NCBI GenBank assembly: GCA_030533235.1
Contig: JAUNJN010000002.1
Location: forward strand, 1,462-65,461
DNA from: Eubacteriales bacterium
GTDB lineage: Bacteria; Bacillota; Clostridia; Lachnospirales; Lachnospiraceae
Direction: 5' to 3'
DNA: 64,000 nucleotides
Below the pieces are notes generated by a model. It did not search any database, was not told where the DNA came from, and saw only the letters and a program-made list of their open reading frames with translations. Below are positions 50,892 to 62,028 of this stretch, in pieces. A program made the position numbers and the translations under genes. The first letter of the stretch is position 1, and every line of letters begins with the position of its first letter.

Positions 50892-51767
50892 TTATTCTCC
50901 TTTTACAATTCGATCCTTCGTAATATCGCGATGACAAACCCGAACCGTATACGGCATCTCGCCAAACCGCTTATACAATTCATTTGCAACTGTTACCGAG
51001 CGATGTTTTCCTCCCGTACAGCCTACAGAAATAACAAGCTGATTTTTCCCTTCTTTTTGATATTGCGGCAATAGAAATGCAATAATATCCGTAAGCTTAT
51101 TAATAAACGGCTCATACTCCTCGCAATCTCTAACCATTTCCGCAACCGGTGTGTCATTTCCCGTAAGCGGACGAAGTGTAGGATCATAATATGGGTTTGG
51201 CAGAAATCTTACATCAAACACCAAATCCGAATCTCTTGGTATGCCATACTTGAACCCAAACGACATGACCGTAATAATCATATTTTTATATACATCACCC
51301 TTAACGAATATCTTGTCAAGCTCTGACTTTAATTCTCGCGTGAGCAAATTACTCGTATCAATAATATAATCAGCGCGTTGCTTCAAAAAATCGATTTTGC
51401 TTCGTTCGATCGCGATACCTTCATTGATTCTCCCGCCTCTTGACAACGGATGGCTCCGACGCGTTTCCTTATATCGTTTTACGAGATCCTGTTCACTCGC
51501 GTCCAAGAAGAGAATCTCATAATTATAACCGGACTCATGCATCTCATCCAAACATTTTGACAACTGCCCTAATGCATCGCCACTTCGAATATCCACACTG
51601 ATTGCCACGTTATCAACCTCAAGCTTATCATCATGTGCGATATCTGCAAAACGCGGGATCAACATTACCGGGAGATTATCCACACAAAAAAAACCCAAAT
51701 CTTCAAGCGTGTGCAAGGCTGTTGATTTACCCGCACCGCTCATACCTGTCACTATCACAAATCTCAT
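50892..51767 (-). CDS. rapZ: RNase adapter RapZ/YvcJ
   Basis: TGMSGAGKS, CVDNLP, SFGFKYG, DVRFLPNP, GCTGGKHRSV. Confidence 0.95.
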   Translation of the reverse strand: MRFVIVTGMSGAGKSTALHTLEDLGFFCVDNLPVMLIPRFADIAHDDKLEVDNVAISVDIRSGDALGQLSKCLDEMHESGYNYEILFLDASEQDLVKRYKETRRSHPLSRGGRINEGIAIERSKIDFLKQRADYIIDTSNLLTRELKSELDKIFVKGDVYKNMIITVMSFGFKYGIPRDSDLVFDVRFLPNPYYDPTLRPLTGNDTPVAEMVRDCEEYEPFINKLTDIIAFLLPQYQKEGKNQLVISVGCTGGKHRSVTVANELYKRFGEMPYTVRVCHRDITKDRIVKGE

Positions 51768-52642
51768 TGTATAATCTTCACCTCCGGCTCCAATTTCACC
51801 TGAAACGTATCATATACTTTTCTTTGAATAAATGCAATCAACGTAAGTACATCCTTTGCTGTGGCATGATTATGATTAATCACAAATCCACAATGCTTCT
51901 CTGACACCATTGCGCCTCCGATTGAAACTCCGCGAAGACCTGCATCCTCAATCAATTTACCGGAAAAATAACCTTCAGGCCTTCGAAATGTAGAGCCTGC
52001 ACTCGGATATTCGAGCGGTTGCTTTGTAATTCTGGCATTTTTCAACTCATCCATACGTCCGACAATGTCTTCTTTATTCCCCTGTGAAAGAGCAATTGCA
52101 GCTCCTACAACAAACTCCTTTCCGCAAAGTCTGCTTGTACGATATCCAAACTGCATTTCTTCACATGAATATGTGTGAAGTGTACCATCCTCATCAAGCA
52201 CATCGACTGATACAACAATATCCTTCATCTCACCACCGTAAGCACCCGCATTCATAACAATGGCTCCGCCGAGCGTTCCCGGAATGCCTGCCGCAAACTC
52301 CATGCCTGTAAGTGAAGCATCCTTTGCCATCATCGCCACCTTGCCGAGCATCGCCCCGGCTTCTGCGTATATTGTCTGTCCATCTAATGAGATTTTATTC
52401 ATAGCGTCTCCAATCTGTATCACGACGCCATCGTATCCCTCATCCATAAAAAGAACATTGCTTCCGTTTCCAAGCAAAAAATACTTCATCTTTGTTTCCT
52501 TACACGCTTTCACAACCTGTACAATTTCTTTTCTATTTTTCGGCATAACAAAAAAACGTGCAGGACCACCAATACGAAAAGTTGTGTGTTTGTCTAACGG
52601 TTCATTTTCTTTATATGCAATACCAATTAATCGATCCTTCAT
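51764..52642 (-). CDS. murB: UDP-N-acetylenolpyruvoylglucosamine reductase
   Basis: HTTFRIGG, GNGSN, GIPGTLGG, MNAGAYG, SAGSTFRRP, LEPEV. Confidence 0.96.
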   Translation of the reverse strand: MKDRLIGIAYKENEPLDKHTTFRIGGPARFFVMPKNRKEIVQVVKACKETKMKYFLLGNGSNVLFMDEGYDGVVIQIGDAMNKISLDGQTIYAEAGAMLGKVAMMAKDASLTGMEFAAGIPGTLGGAIVMNAGAYGGEMKDIVVSVDVLDEDGTLHTYSCEEMQFGYRTSRLCGKEFVVGAAIALSQGNKEDIVGRMDELKNARITKQPLEYPSAGSTFRRPEGYFSGKLIEDAGLRGVSIGGAMVSEKHCGFVINHNHATAKDVLTLIAFIQRKVYDTFQVKLEPEVKIIQ

Positions 52643-52655
52643 AAAATAACCCCCG

Positions 52656-52709
52656 AAAAAAACAAACGAAATCCATCATGATATAAATATACAATACGGA
52701 TTTCGTTTG
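52656..52709 (-). terminator. Terminator-like hairpin between glcK and murB
   Basis: CAAACGAAATCC/GGATTTCGTTTG 12-bp stem followed by T7 on the minus strand. Confidence 0.6.
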
Positions 52710-52772
52710 CACAATGTAAAAAAATATACAATTTTTTTGAAAGAACGGCATAATGTTCGCTTATTTACACAA

Positions 52773-53720
52773 TTACTCCTCTAAAACCGCGCATGCGCCT
52801 CCATAAATTCCCGCATCATTGCCAAGCGTTGCAAGCGCAAACTTTGTCTTTCTGCATGCATGGAACGCATATTCCTTGAAATACTTTTCGGTTGTATTGA
52901 TAATAATTTCTCCGGCCTTTGAAACCCCGCCTCCGATAACGAAGATTTCAGGATCCACAACACACGCGATTTGAGCCAATGCCGTTCCCAGACACTTACC
53001 ATGATTTTCTACAAGCTCTGCAGCAAGCTCGTCTCCGTTTTTCGCTGCATCGAATACTTCCTTTGCAGAAATATACTGTACATTTCGAAGAGAAGACGGA
53101 CGATCGGAATTGTTAATTGCAATATTGGCCATACGTACTATTCCGGTTGCAGACGTATACTGCTCAAGACATCCCTTTAAACCACAACCGCATGTTTCAG
53201 TCTCATCTTCATTCACACGAATATGCCCAATCTCTCCGCCTGCACCATTTACACCTGAAAGCATTTTTCCTCCGATGATAATACCACCGCCCACTCCGGT
53301 TCCGAGTGTAACCATAACAATATCCTTATAGCCTTTTCCTCCGCCTTGCCACATTTCGCCAAGTGCAGCCATATTCGCATCATTTCCAACCTTTGCCGGA
53401 AATCCGACAAGACGTGACATTTCTTCCGCAACATTAAATACGCCCCAACCGAGATTTACACAACGGAGCACTGTTCCGTCTTCCTTTACCGGTCCCGGAA
53501 CGCCCATACCAACACCTGCAACCTCCTCCTTATCAATGAGCTTTTCGGCAAGCTTGTCATCGATTGACTCCGAAATATCGCCAAGAATATATTTTCCGCC
53601 CTCGTCAACCCTTGTCGGAATCTCCCACTTATCTACAAGCGTTCCGTCTACTGTGAACAATCCAAGCTTTACGGTAGTTCCTCCGATATCTACTCCAAAT
53701 ACGTACTTTGCCATCTTCAT
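52773..53720 (-). CDS. glcK: ROK-family glucokinase
   Basis: GVDIGGT, NDANMAALGE, GTGVGGG, GEIGH, CGCGLKGCLE. Confidence 0.9.
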   Translation of the reverse strand: MKMAKYVFGVDIGGTTVKLGLFTVDGTLVDKWEIPTRVDEGGKYILGDISESIDDKLAEKLIDKEEVAGVGMGVPGPVKEDGTVLRCVNLGWGVFNVAEEMSRLVGFPAKVGNDANMAALGEMWQGGGKGYKDIVMVTLGTGVGGGIIIGGKMLSGVNGAGGEIGHIRVNEDETETCGCGLKGCLEQYTSATGIVRMANIAINNSDRPSSLRNVQYISAKEVFDAAKNGDELAAELVENHGKCLGTALAQIACVVDPEIFVIGGGVSKAGEIIINTTEKYFKEYAFHACRKTKFALATLGNDAGIYGGACAVLEE

Positions 53721-53739
53721 AATCTCCTTTTCTCTTCCT

Positions 53740-54672
53740 CTATTTTACGAAATTCTGCGTCACGCGATTGTACATCTCCTGTGCCGCATTATATCCCATC
53801 TTCTTCTGTCTGTGATTAACCGCTGCCGACTCAACAATTACCGCAATATTACGTCCCGGTCGAATCGGAATCGAATGACTAACAACCTTATTTCCTAAAA
53901 ATTCGGTATATTGATCCTCTAATCCCATACGATCATAATTTGCATCTCTGTTCCACTCCTCGAGCTTAATAACAAGATCAATCGTCTGCGTCTCCTTTAC
54001 ACATTCTACACCAAACATCGTCTTAACATCAATAATACCGATTCCCCGAAGTTCAATAAAATGTCTTAGTATATCAGGTGCTGTACCGACTAAAGTTTCC
54101 TTGCTGACCTTTTTGATTTCCACGACATCATCCGAAACAAGTCGGTGACCTCTTCGAATGAGTTCAAGTGCAGCCTCACTCTTTCCGATACCGCTGTCGC
54201 CCATAATCAAAACGCCTTCACCATATACGTCTACCAAAACCGCATGAATGGAAATACGCGGAGCAAGCTCCACATGCAGCCAGCGATCAACCTCATGCAC
54301 AAAATCCGAAGTCGTACCTTGCGAATCTGTCAAAATCGGTATTCCATGACGATTTCCTGCTTCGATAATAAAATCATATGGCTGCAAATTTCTACAAAAT
54401 ATCATCGCCGGAATTTTATATGCAAACAATTTTTCAAAAATCTCGCGATTTTCTTCCTCTGTGTGCATATTGGCAATGTATGCATGCTCAACATTACCGC
54501 ATATCTGTATTCTTGCAGCATCGAAATGCTCAAAAAAACCTGCAAGCTGTACAGCAGGACGGTTAATATTCGGATCCTGAATCAATATCTTATCCGTATC
54601 AATATCCGGTGTATGATTCACCAAATTCATTTTATTAATTAAGTCTGTGACAGTTACGCTGTATTCTTCCAT
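53740..54672 (-). CDS. hprK: HPr kinase/phosphorylase
   Basis: GDSGIGKSE, LVSDD, ELRGIGIID, PGRN. Confidence 0.96.
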   Translation of the reverse strand: MEEYSVTVTDLINKMNLVNHTPDIDTDKILIQDPNINRPAVQLAGFFEHFDAARIQICGNVEHAYIANMHTEEENREIFEKLFAYKIPAMIFCRNLQPYDFIIEAGNRHGIPILTDSQGTTSDFVHEVDRWLHVELAPRISIHAVLVDVYGEGVLIMGDSGIGKSEAALELIRRGHRLVSDDVVEIKKVSKETLVGTAPDILRHFIELRGIGIIDVKTMFGVECVKETQTIDLVIKLEEWNRDANYDRMGLEDQYTEFLGNKVVSHSIPIRPGRNIAVIVESAAVNHRQKKMGYNAAQEMYNRVTQNFVK

Positions 54673-54708
54673 ACAAACCTCCTGATAATTTTTGCTGCCT
54701 CATACTGG

Positions 54709-54737
54709 AAAAAAGGGGCTGTCCTACGGGCAGCCCC
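54709..54737 (-). terminator. Intrinsic terminator after spoVG
   Basis: GGGGCTG.CC/GG.CAGCCCC with T6 on the minus strand. Confidence 0.75.
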
Positions 54738-54750
54738 AAACATCACCAAA

Positions 54751-55026
54751 TTATCCTTCCAAAGTTTCCTCAGCTAATGACTCCTCATACGCCTGAAGAA
54801 TCAGCTTCTGAATCTTATCTCTTGTATCTGAGTTAATCGGATGCGCAATGTCTCTATACTCTCCATCCGATGCCTTTCTGCTTGGCATCGCTATGAACAA
54901 TCCCTTCTCACCTTCAATTACTTTAATGTCATGAACAACAAACTCATTGTCAATTGTAATCGAAACTACCGCACGCATCTTACTCTCTTTGGTAACCTTA
55001 CGAACTCTTACGTCTGTAATCTGCAT
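54751..55026 (-). CDS. spoVG: SpoVG
   Basis: [32 protein letters not shown]. Confidence 0.97.
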   Translation of the reverse strand: MQITDVRVRKVTKESKMRAVVSITIDNEFVVHDIKVIEGEKGLFIAMPSRKASDGEYRDIAHPINSDTRDKIQKLILQAYEESLAEETLEG

Positions 55027-55052
55027 AGTAACCCCCCTTTGATATCTATCGT

Positions 55053-56177
55053 TTACAGTGCATATCGGAAATTCTTTTCTACAATAACCTTAATCTGATC
55101 CGGCTCTCCGGTACGAACCGTGTTCGCTCTTAAGGTATCTCGACTCTCAACAATACAATTCTCGATGTATGAATTGTCACCGATATGAACATCATTCAAA
55201 ATAATGGAATTCTTAATCACGCAATTATTTCCAATATATACCTTTTTGAATAAAATTGAGTTCTCAACCGTACCATTGACAATACATCCGCTCGCAACCA
55301 AGCTGTTGTTCACAACCGCATCACAATTGTACTTTGCAGGCGGAAGATCCTCAACCTTCGAGTAAATATCCGGATGTTGTCTAAAGAAGTAATCACGCAC
55401 ATCCTTCTTCAGGAAATCCATATTAGTCTTAAAGTAAGAATCGATTGTGCTGATATTTCTCCAATAAGAATCAAGCTTATATGCATAAATCTTTTTAACA
55501 TTCTTATAGCGTACAAGAATATCATTTACGAAATCGCTTCTGCCTTCTGCTGCACACGCCTCCAACAATTCAATAAGCTGTCTTCTTCTGACAACATATA
55601 CACCGATGGACGCTGTATTTGTCTCAGCAACAAGCGGTTTTTCCTCAAAGCTGATTACACGGTTGTCATCTGCAAGCTTCAAGATACCAAAACGACTAAT
55701 ATCATCCTCTCCAACCGGAATATCCTTACATACAACTGTGATATCGGCACCTGTCGCAATATGCTCCTCCAATACCTTGTTATAATCCATCTTGTAAATT
55801 CCGTCACCGGATGCAATTACTACATACGGCTCATGTGCGGCCTTTAAAAAATTGATATTCTGGTACAATGCATCTGCCGTTCCCTTATACCAATAACTGT
55901 TTGTCGCTGTAATAGTCGGGGTAAATACATATAAGCCCCCCTGCTTTCTGCCAAAATCCCACCATTTTGATGAATTCAGATGCTCATTTAACGAACGTGA
56001 ATTGTACTGTGTAAATACGGCAACCTTCTGAATATGAGAGTTTGCCATATTGGAAAGTGTAAAATCAATTGCGCGATAGCTGCCCACAATCGGCATAGCT
56101 GCAACTGCACGTTTTGCAGAGAGCTCGCCCATCTTATTACTGTTTCCACCTGCTAAAATCAAACCTATTGCTCTCAT
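55053..56177 (-). CDS. glgD: Glucose-1-phosphate adenylyltransferase subunit GlgD
   Basis: GlgC paralog directly after glgC; [18 protein letters not shown]; start moved to ATG 56177. Confidence 0.9.
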   Translation of the reverse strand: MRAIGLILAGGNSNKMGELSAKRAVAAMPIVGSYRAIDFTLSNMANSHIQKVAVFTQYNSRSLNEHLNSSKWWDFGRKQGGLYVFTPTITATNSYWYKGTADALYQNINFLKAAHEPYVVIASGDGIYKMDYNKVLEEHIATGADITVVCKDIPVGEDDISRFGILKLADDNRVISFEEKPLVAETNTASIGVYVVRRRQLIELLEACAAEGRSDFVNDILVRYKNVKKIYAYKLDSYWRNISTIDSYFKTNMDFLKKDVRDYFFRQHPDIYSKVEDLPPAKYNCDAVVNNSLVASGCIVNGTVENSILFKKVYIGNNCVIKNSIILNDVHIGDNSYIENCIVESRDTLRANTVRTGEPDQIKVIVEKNFRYAL

Positions 56178-56178
56178 A

Positions 56179-57447
56179 TTATTCACCTACCTTTATAATG
56201 CTTGAACCGCTCTTTAACAAGCCGTCCGGATACTCGTCAATGGTAGTCTCGCCAAATATTGCAACGTTTTTACCAATCTTAACGCCTTCAGGTATTACGG
56301 AATTCTCACCAACCGTGACAAGTCCGAAAGAGTAAATATGAGGAGCAAATTCATTAGGGACCTCCTCACCGACACCAAGCATTGCATTGGCACCGACAAC
56401 AACGTTTTCAGCGATGATTGCCTTATCAATCATTGCTCCGTCACCAATCACAGCTCCATTCATGATGATAGAATCCTTAACAACCGCACCCTTACCGATT
56501 GTAACACCGGAGCCGATAACAGAATGCTTTACCGTACCGTAAACTTCGGTTCCTTCTCCGACAATACCCTCTGTAACGGAGCCTGACGGATCAATATACT
56601 GCGGAGGTAAGATATCACTCTTGGTGTAGATTCTCCAGAACTCCTCATAAAGGTTGAACTCCGGAATAATATCAACAAGCTCCATATTAGCTTCCCAATA
56701 AGAGCCGAGTGTTCCGACATCCTTCCAATAGCCCTTGTATTCATACGCACATATCTTACTGCCGTTTTCATGGCAATACGGAATAATGTGCTTACCGAAG
56801 TCACAAGACGGCTCATCCTTCATAATCGTAAGGGCTTCCTTTAACAGCTTCCAATTGAAAATATAAATACCCATCGATGCCTTATTGCTGCGCGGATGCT
56901 CCGGTTTTTCTTCAAATTCCTTAATGCATCCGGATTCATCTGTAATCACAACGCCGAAACGGCTTGCCTCCTCCATCGGCACCTGATATGTAGCAATCGT
57001 TATATCCGCTTTGCTTGTCTTATGGAAATCAAGCATCACCTCGTAATCCATCTTGTAGATGTGATCACCGGATAAGATCAATACATATTCCGGATTATAA
57101 TAATCAATATACTCAATATTTTGATAAATTGCGTTTGCTGTTCCGGTATACCATTGGCTGTTCGTACTCTTCTCATATGGTGGAAGCACCGTAACTCCGC
57201 CGATACTTCTATCAAGGTCCCAAGGCATACCGATTCCAATATGCTGATTCAAACGTAACGGTCTATACTGTGTAAGCACACCAACCGTATCAACACCGGA
57301 ATTAATACAGTTACTCAAAGGAAAATCAATAATCTTGTATTTTCCTCCAAAGGCAACTGCTGGCTTGGCTAGCTTAGATGTCAAAACTCCCAAGCGGCTA
57401 CCCTGCCCACCTGCTAAAAGCATTGCTATCATCTCTTTTTTAATCAT
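56179..57447 (-). CDS. glgC: Glucose-1-phosphate adenylyltransferase
   Basis: [45 protein letters not shown]. Confidence 0.96.
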   Translation of the reverse strand: MIKKEMIAMLLAGGQGSRLGVLTSKLAKPAVAFGGKYKIIDFPLSNCINSGVDTVGVLTQYRPLRLNQHIGIGMPWDLDRSIGGVTVLPPYEKSTNSQWYTGTANAIYQNIEYIDYYNPEYVLILSGDHIYKMDYEVMLDFHKTSKADITIATYQVPMEEASRFGVVITDESGCIKEFEEKPEHPRSNKASMGIYIFNWKLLKEALTIMKDEPSCDFGKHIIPYCHENGSKICAYEYKGYWKDVGTLGSYWEANMELVDIIPEFNLYEEFWRIYTKSDILPPQYIDPSGSVTEGIVGEGTEVYGTVKHSVIGSGVTIGKGAVVKDSIIMNGAVIGDGAMIDKAIIAENVVVGANAMLGVGEEVPNEFAPHIYSFGLVTVGENSVIPEGVKIGKNVAIFGETTIDEYPDGLLKSGSSIIKVGE

Positions 57448-57478
57448 ATTGTCACCCCTTTTAGCATAATATAGTTTA

Positions 57479-57506
57479 ATTATACCATCTAACCGTAAAA
57501 ATTCAA
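57479..57506 (-). promoter_or_regulatory. Sigma-A-like promoter of glgC
   Basis: TTGAAT-N16-TATAAT with TG extension. Confidence 0.55.
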
Positions 57507-57581
57507 ATGTTTTTAGGTATTTTTTATAATTTTTTTTTTACATTTTCGCATTCTGTTGTAAAATGTACTAAAAAAATCCTA

Positions 57582-57944
57582 TTATTGACAGATTTCTATG
57601 GCAGATTTTTCCATTTCCTTCAAAAAAGGCATAAAATCGACATCCAAGCATGCCGCAATCTTAATATCATCCTTCTCCTGAAGCACCTTGCCAAGACGGA
57701 CAACCGCCTTAGCCATTTTTGCCTTATCGATTCGTTTTTCGGTCGAATTGATAAGCGGTTCGCAATTATTAAAAACTTCTATTTCCCAGTTAATTCCCTG
57801 AATTACAAGATTGAACAGCTCCTCTGTATCCTGCTTCTTTGTAACTCGCAATTCATCAATCACCTGTTTCGTTCCAAGAATTATTTTAGGACTATAATCA
57901 ATAAGCTCCGTCAATGCGCTTTTTTGTAACTCCCGCATGCCCAT
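57582..57944 (-). CDS. Hypothetical helical protein
   Basis: GGAGG RBS; amphipathic helical pattern; follows the SPFH gene. Confidence 0.65.
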   Translation of the reverse strand: MGMRELQKSALTELIDYSPKIILGTKQVIDELRVTKKQDTEELFNLVIQGINWEIEVFNNCEPLINSTEKRIDKAKMAKAVVRLGKVLQEKDDIKIAACLDVDFMPFLKEMEKSAIEICQ

Positions 57945-57979
57945 AAGTGACCTCCAAATTTGTGTTTTCTATTAATAAT

Positions 57980-58936
57980 TTATTCTTGTGTTTTTGTATC
58001 CTTAACAATCTCTGTAAGCGAAGATGCAAGACCGGCTATTCCTGCAATATCCGACGGAATAATAAGCTTTGTTGCCTTGCCGTCCGCAGCCTTTCCAAAC
58101 GCCTCCAGACTCTTTAAGGTAAGAACCTCTTTTGCCGGTGCCGCCTCATTCAAAAATGCAATACCCTCTGCACTCGCCTTTTGTACGGTAAGAATCGCCT
58201 CTGCCTCACCTTCCGCACGACGAATCGTTGCTTCCTTTGCTGCCTCCGCACGCAAAATAGCAGATTGTTTCTCAGCCTCTGCCGCAAGAATCAAAGACTC
58301 CTTCTGACCTTCCGCACGAAGAATCGCTGACTTTTTCTCACCTTCTGCAATGAGGATTTGTTCTCTTCTCTCACGTTCTGCCTTCATCTGCTTTTCCATC
58401 GCATCCTGAATTGCTACCGGAGGAATAATATTCTTAAGCTCCACACGGTTTACCTTGATCCCCCAAGGATCGGTTGCCTCATCCAAGGTTGCACGCATCT
58501 TTGTATTAATTGTCTCTCTTGATGTCAATGTTTCATCAAGCTCCATATCACCGATAATATTACGAAGTGTTGTCGCTGTTAAGTTCTCAATCGCCATAAT
58601 CGGACGCTCAACACCATATGCAAAAAGCTTTGGATCCGTAATCTGGAAAAACACAACCGTGTCAATACGCATCGTAACGTTATCCTTTGTAATAACCGGC
58701 TGCGGTGCAAAATCCACTACCTGTTCCTTCAACGATATACGCTGTGCAATCTTATCAAAAACCGGCATTTTTACATGGAAACCAACTGACCAGGTTGCCT
58801 GATAGGTTCCGAAACGCTCCACAACATAAGCATGTGCCTGCGGAACGATACGAATTGAACCGACCACAATCACAATCACCAAAAATAAAATAAAAATTCC
58901 TAATCCTTGCCCAAATGTAATTCCTGACAATAACAT
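57980..58936 (-). CDS. SPFH/stomatin (band 7) protein
   Basis: VVERFG, QPVITKDN, TTLRNIIG, WGIKV, AEG repeats. Confidence 0.92.
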   Translation of the reverse strand: MLLSGITFGQGLGIFILFLVIVIVVGSIRIVPQAHAYVVERFGTYQATWSVGFHVKMPVFDKIAQRISLKEQVVDFAPQPVITKDNVTMRIDTVVFFQITDPKLFAYGVERPIMAIENLTATTLRNIIGDMELDETLTSRETINTKMRATLDEATDPWGIKVNRVELKNIIPPVAIQDAMEKQMKAERERREQILIAEGEKKSAILRAEGQKESLILAAEAEKQSAILRAEAAKEATIRRAEGEAEAILTVQKASAEGIAFLNEAAPAKEVLTLKSLEAFGKAADGKATKLIIPSDIAGIAGLASSLTEIVKDTKTQE

Positions 58937-58947
58937 ATTCCATCCTC

Positions 58948-59403
58948 CTATTCACGAAACAACTTCTCTTCATCTGATTTTTTTTCAACAATCAGTTTTA
59001 CACCGCTTATCTGCCTAACAACAACCAGCGTTCCCTCTTCAATAACCGAATCATCAACCGATTTTGCCCACCATTCTTTTCCGTCAAGCTTTACGGTTCC
59101 TTCCGCCTTTATGTTGTTAATCGTTGCCGTAACACATCCAACGGTTCCAATCAAGCCTTCAACGTTTGTCTTTTCAATTGATTTCATCAAATGTTTCTTT
59201 GCTATCGGTCTTGTAAAGATCAAAAGTACGAGCGAAATAATCGCGAACACAAGAACCTGAACAATCCAATGTGCTTCAAATGCCCATGCAACAAGCGCGG
59301 TCACAAGCGCACCTCCTGCAAACCAGATTGTTGTAAGTCCGAGTGAAACAATCTCCAAAACAATCATGACTGCCGCAACGATAAGCCAAAATATATGTGC
59401 CAT
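58948..59403 (-). CDS. NfeD-family partner protein
   Basis: Three TMs plus OB-fold GTVKLDGKEWWA; start moved to ATG 59403. Confidence 0.88.
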   Translation of the reverse strand: MAHIFWLIVAAVMIVLEIVSLGLTTIWFAGGALVTALVAWAFEAHWIVQVLVFAIISLVLLIFTRPIAKKHLMKSIEKTNVEGLIGTVGCVTATINNIKAEGTVKLDGKEWWAKSVDDSVIEEGTLVVVRQISGVKLIVEKKSDEEKLFRE

Positions 59404-59565
59404 ACCAACACCTCCCCACGTCAATTTTATGCGACATTTCTGCTTTTGCATTTCTACGCCATTATATCATAATCCCATACAGCTTTCCACTCATATTATA
59501 ACCACACATTAAACTTTACATGATTTTTTCGTGTTTTTTTCCCAACAAATTACACCTGCAAGACT

Positions 59566-59676
59566 CTCGCGCCGAGCGCGGTTGCTTTTGCAACATATAC
59601 TTCGCGCGCGAGTGCGCATCCTGACACGAAGTGTCTTTTTTATTGCATAGGATGTGTGAAGCACTTTCCTATGCAA
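59566..59676. other. GC-rich multi-hairpin intergenic element (possible sRNA or REP-like repeat)
   Basis: Stems CTCGCGC/GCGCGAG, GTTGC/GCAAC, GACAC/GTGTC plus T6, and TTGCATAGGA/TCCTATGCAA. Confidence 0.4.
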
Positions 59677-59677
59677 C

Positions 59678-59707
59678 AAAAAAAGCTGCCGCATCACTGC
59701 GACAGCT
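59678..59707 (-). terminator. Intrinsic terminator of the hydratase gene
   Basis: AGCTG.CGCA/TGCG.CAGCT followed by a T-run on the minus strand. Confidence 0.75.
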
Positions 59708-59724
59708 CTCATTCATTATTCGGA

Positions 59725-62007
59725 TTAATTTTCCTTGTAGTAATTTATTAAGCAGCCCGCCAGGATAATATCTCTCTCATCATCTGTAAGGTCGCCAAGT
59801 GTAAGTGATAATTCCTTCATGTTGTCACCTACTACATACGCCTTGATTACTTCATCCTTATTTCTGATTGCAGCAGCAATCCCCGGAATGAAAATATAAT
59901 CATCAACAGAAAACTGATAATCCTCCTCCATAACAAAAGGAAGCATACCCCAGTTGATAAGATTCGAACGATATCTCTTGGTTGCATATTCTTTTGCAAT
60001 GTTTGCCCAACCGCCAAGCACTTTCTGGCAGGAAGCAGCCTGTTCTCGTGCGGAACCGTCTCCCGGCTTAACTGCAAAAATCGTGCTGCCCACACCTGTG
60101 TTTTTGCTGCATACATCCGAGAACATCTCTTTTACTTTATGCATGGCATCATGCATCGATGCATCTGCCTCTCCCATACATGAACCGGACTCGCGAATAC
60201 GCTCAATTTCATGAATCTTCTTTGCACGTCCAACGTACTCCGGATCTTTTCTTGAAAGCGTAAACTCAGCAAGACCAAGCGGGTTTGAACGGAAGGAGGA
60301 TGTCTCACCTGACGGAATCAGCTCATCGGTTGTTGTAACCGGGTCGTTGATAACCGATGCAACCTTAAGCATTAAGTTTTCTGTCAAAGCAATCATTTCC
60401 GGCCAATCTTTAATATTCGGACCAAACTTTATTTCTTCATTTGGATTTGCCTTACCGACACCATTATATACACGATTGTCATAGATGCTACGGTCAAAGA
60501 AATACTTCTGACCCTTATACTCAACATCTAAATCTGTAGCAGATGTCAAATAACCCTTATTTGCAGCCGTAGCAGCAATCGAACGAGCATCCATAAGTGC
60601 TACCGAAGATATCTGACCATTCTGAATCTTAGAGCCTTCACGATTCGGGAAGTTTCTTGTTGAATGACGGATACTGAATGCATGATTGGCAGGTGTATCT
60701 CCCGCACCAAAGCACGGACCGCAAAATGCCGTCTTTACAATCGCACCTGTTCCGATCAGATCCGCCAACACACCATTTTTAGCAAGTTCCATGTAAATCG
60801 GTGTTGATGCCGGATAAACGGATAATGTAAATTCATCCGCACCTATGTATTTACCACGAATAATATCTGCCGCTTGACAAATATTTTCAAATCCACCGCC
60901 CGCACATCCTGCGATAATTCCCTGTTCAACATAGAGTTTTCCGTCGCGAACCTTATCCTTCAATGTAAAATCAACCTTGCCGTCCAAAGAAACGAGTGCA
61001 CGCTTTTCAACGTCATCCAGAATATCCATAAGATTTGCCTTCAGGTCATCAATCGTATAAACATTGCTCGGGTGGAACGGCATTGCAATCATAGGCTTAA
61101 TCTTTGAAAGATCCACATATACAACACCATCATAATAAGCAACCGTTCCCGGTGCCATTTGCTTATAAGCTTCCGTTCTGTAATGTTTTTCATACCATTG
61201 CTTGATTTCATCATCCGTTTTCCAAATTGAAGAAAGACAGGTTGTCTCTGTTGTCATAACATCAACACCGATTCGGAAGTCTGCTGATAGCTTGTCAACA
61301 CCCGGACCAACAAATTCCATAACCTTATTCTTCACATATCCACAACCAAAGGTTGCTCCGATAATAGCAAGTGCGACATCCTGAGGTCCAACCCCCTTCG
61401 CAACTTCTCCGTCAAAATAGATTGCGACGACGCCCGGCTTTTTGACATCATAGGTTCTCTTCAAAAGCTGTTTTGCAAGTTCTCCGCCGCCTTCGCCGAT
61501 TGCCATTGTACCAAGCGCGCCATAACGGGTATGACTGTCAGATCCAAGAATCATAGCTCCGCACTCTGCAAGCATTTCACGTGCGTACTGATGAATAACA
61601 GCCTGATGAGGCGGTACATATACACCACCGTATTTCTTTGCACACGAAAGTCCAAACACATGATCATCTTCATTAATTGTTCCACCGACCGCACAAAGTG
61701 AATTGTGACAGTTTGTAAGTACATAAGGAATCGGAAACTCCGTAAGTCCTGAAGCTCTTGCAGTCTGGATGATACCTACAAATGTAATATCGTGAGATGT
61801 CATCTTGTCAAACTTGATCTTCAACTGCTCCATATTGTCGGATGTGTTGTGTGCTGCCAAAATTCCGTATGCCATTGTATTTTTTGCAGCTTCGTCCTTT
61901 GTCACATTGATACCTTTAGATGCAAGCACTGCTGCCGCATCCTGCGTATCCGCAACAAGCTCGGAACCATTTAAAAGATACGCACCTGTTTCAAATAATT
62001 GAATCAT
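59725..62007 (-). CDS. Aconitase-family hydratase (YbhJ-like)
   Basis: SHDIT, NCHN, GSDSHT, AGCAGG, CGPCFG, STRNF, GSAREQA. Confidence 0.9.
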   Translation of the reverse strand: MIQLFETGAYLLNGSELVADTQDAAAVLASKGINVTKDEAAKNTMAYGILAAHNTSDNMEQLKIKFDKMTSHDITFVGIIQTARASGLTEFPIPYVLTNCHNSLCAVGGTINEDDHVFGLSCAKKYGGVYVPPHQAVIHQYAREMLAECGAMILGSDSHTRYGALGTMAIGEGGGELAKQLLKRTYDVKKPGVVAIYFDGEVAKGVGPQDVALAIIGATFGCGYVKNKVMEFVGPGVDKLSADFRIGVDVMTTETTCLSSIWKTDDEIKQWYEKHYRTEAYKQMAPGTVAYYDGVVYVDLSKIKPMIAMPFHPSNVYTIDDLKANLMDILDDVEKRALVSLDGKVDFTLKDKVRDGKLYVEQGIIAGCAGGGFENICQAADIIRGKYIGADEFTLSVYPASTPIYMELAKNGVLADLIGTGAIVKTAFCGPCFGAGDTPANHAFSIRHSTRNFPNREGSKIQNGQISSVALMDARSIAATAANKGYLTSATDLDVEYKGQKYFFDRSIYDNRVYNGVGKANPNEEIKFGPNIKDWPEMIALTENLMLKVASVINDPVTTTDELIPSGETSSFRSNPLGLAEFTLSRKDPEYVGRAKKIHEIERIRESGSCMGEADASMHDAMHKVKEMFSDVCSKNTGVGSTIFAVKPGDGSAREQAASCQKVLGGWANIAKEYATKRYRSNLINWGMLPFVMEEDYQFSVDDYIFIPGIAAAIRNKDEVIKAYVVGDNMKELSLTLGDLTDDERDIILAGCLINYYKEN

Positions 62008-62028
62008 AATTTTGCCTCCATAAATATA

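Noticed and set aside
59509-59712. 67-aa minus-strand ORF
   Set aside because: Starts inside the hydratase terminator and crosses several hairpins; no RBS or protein-like pattern
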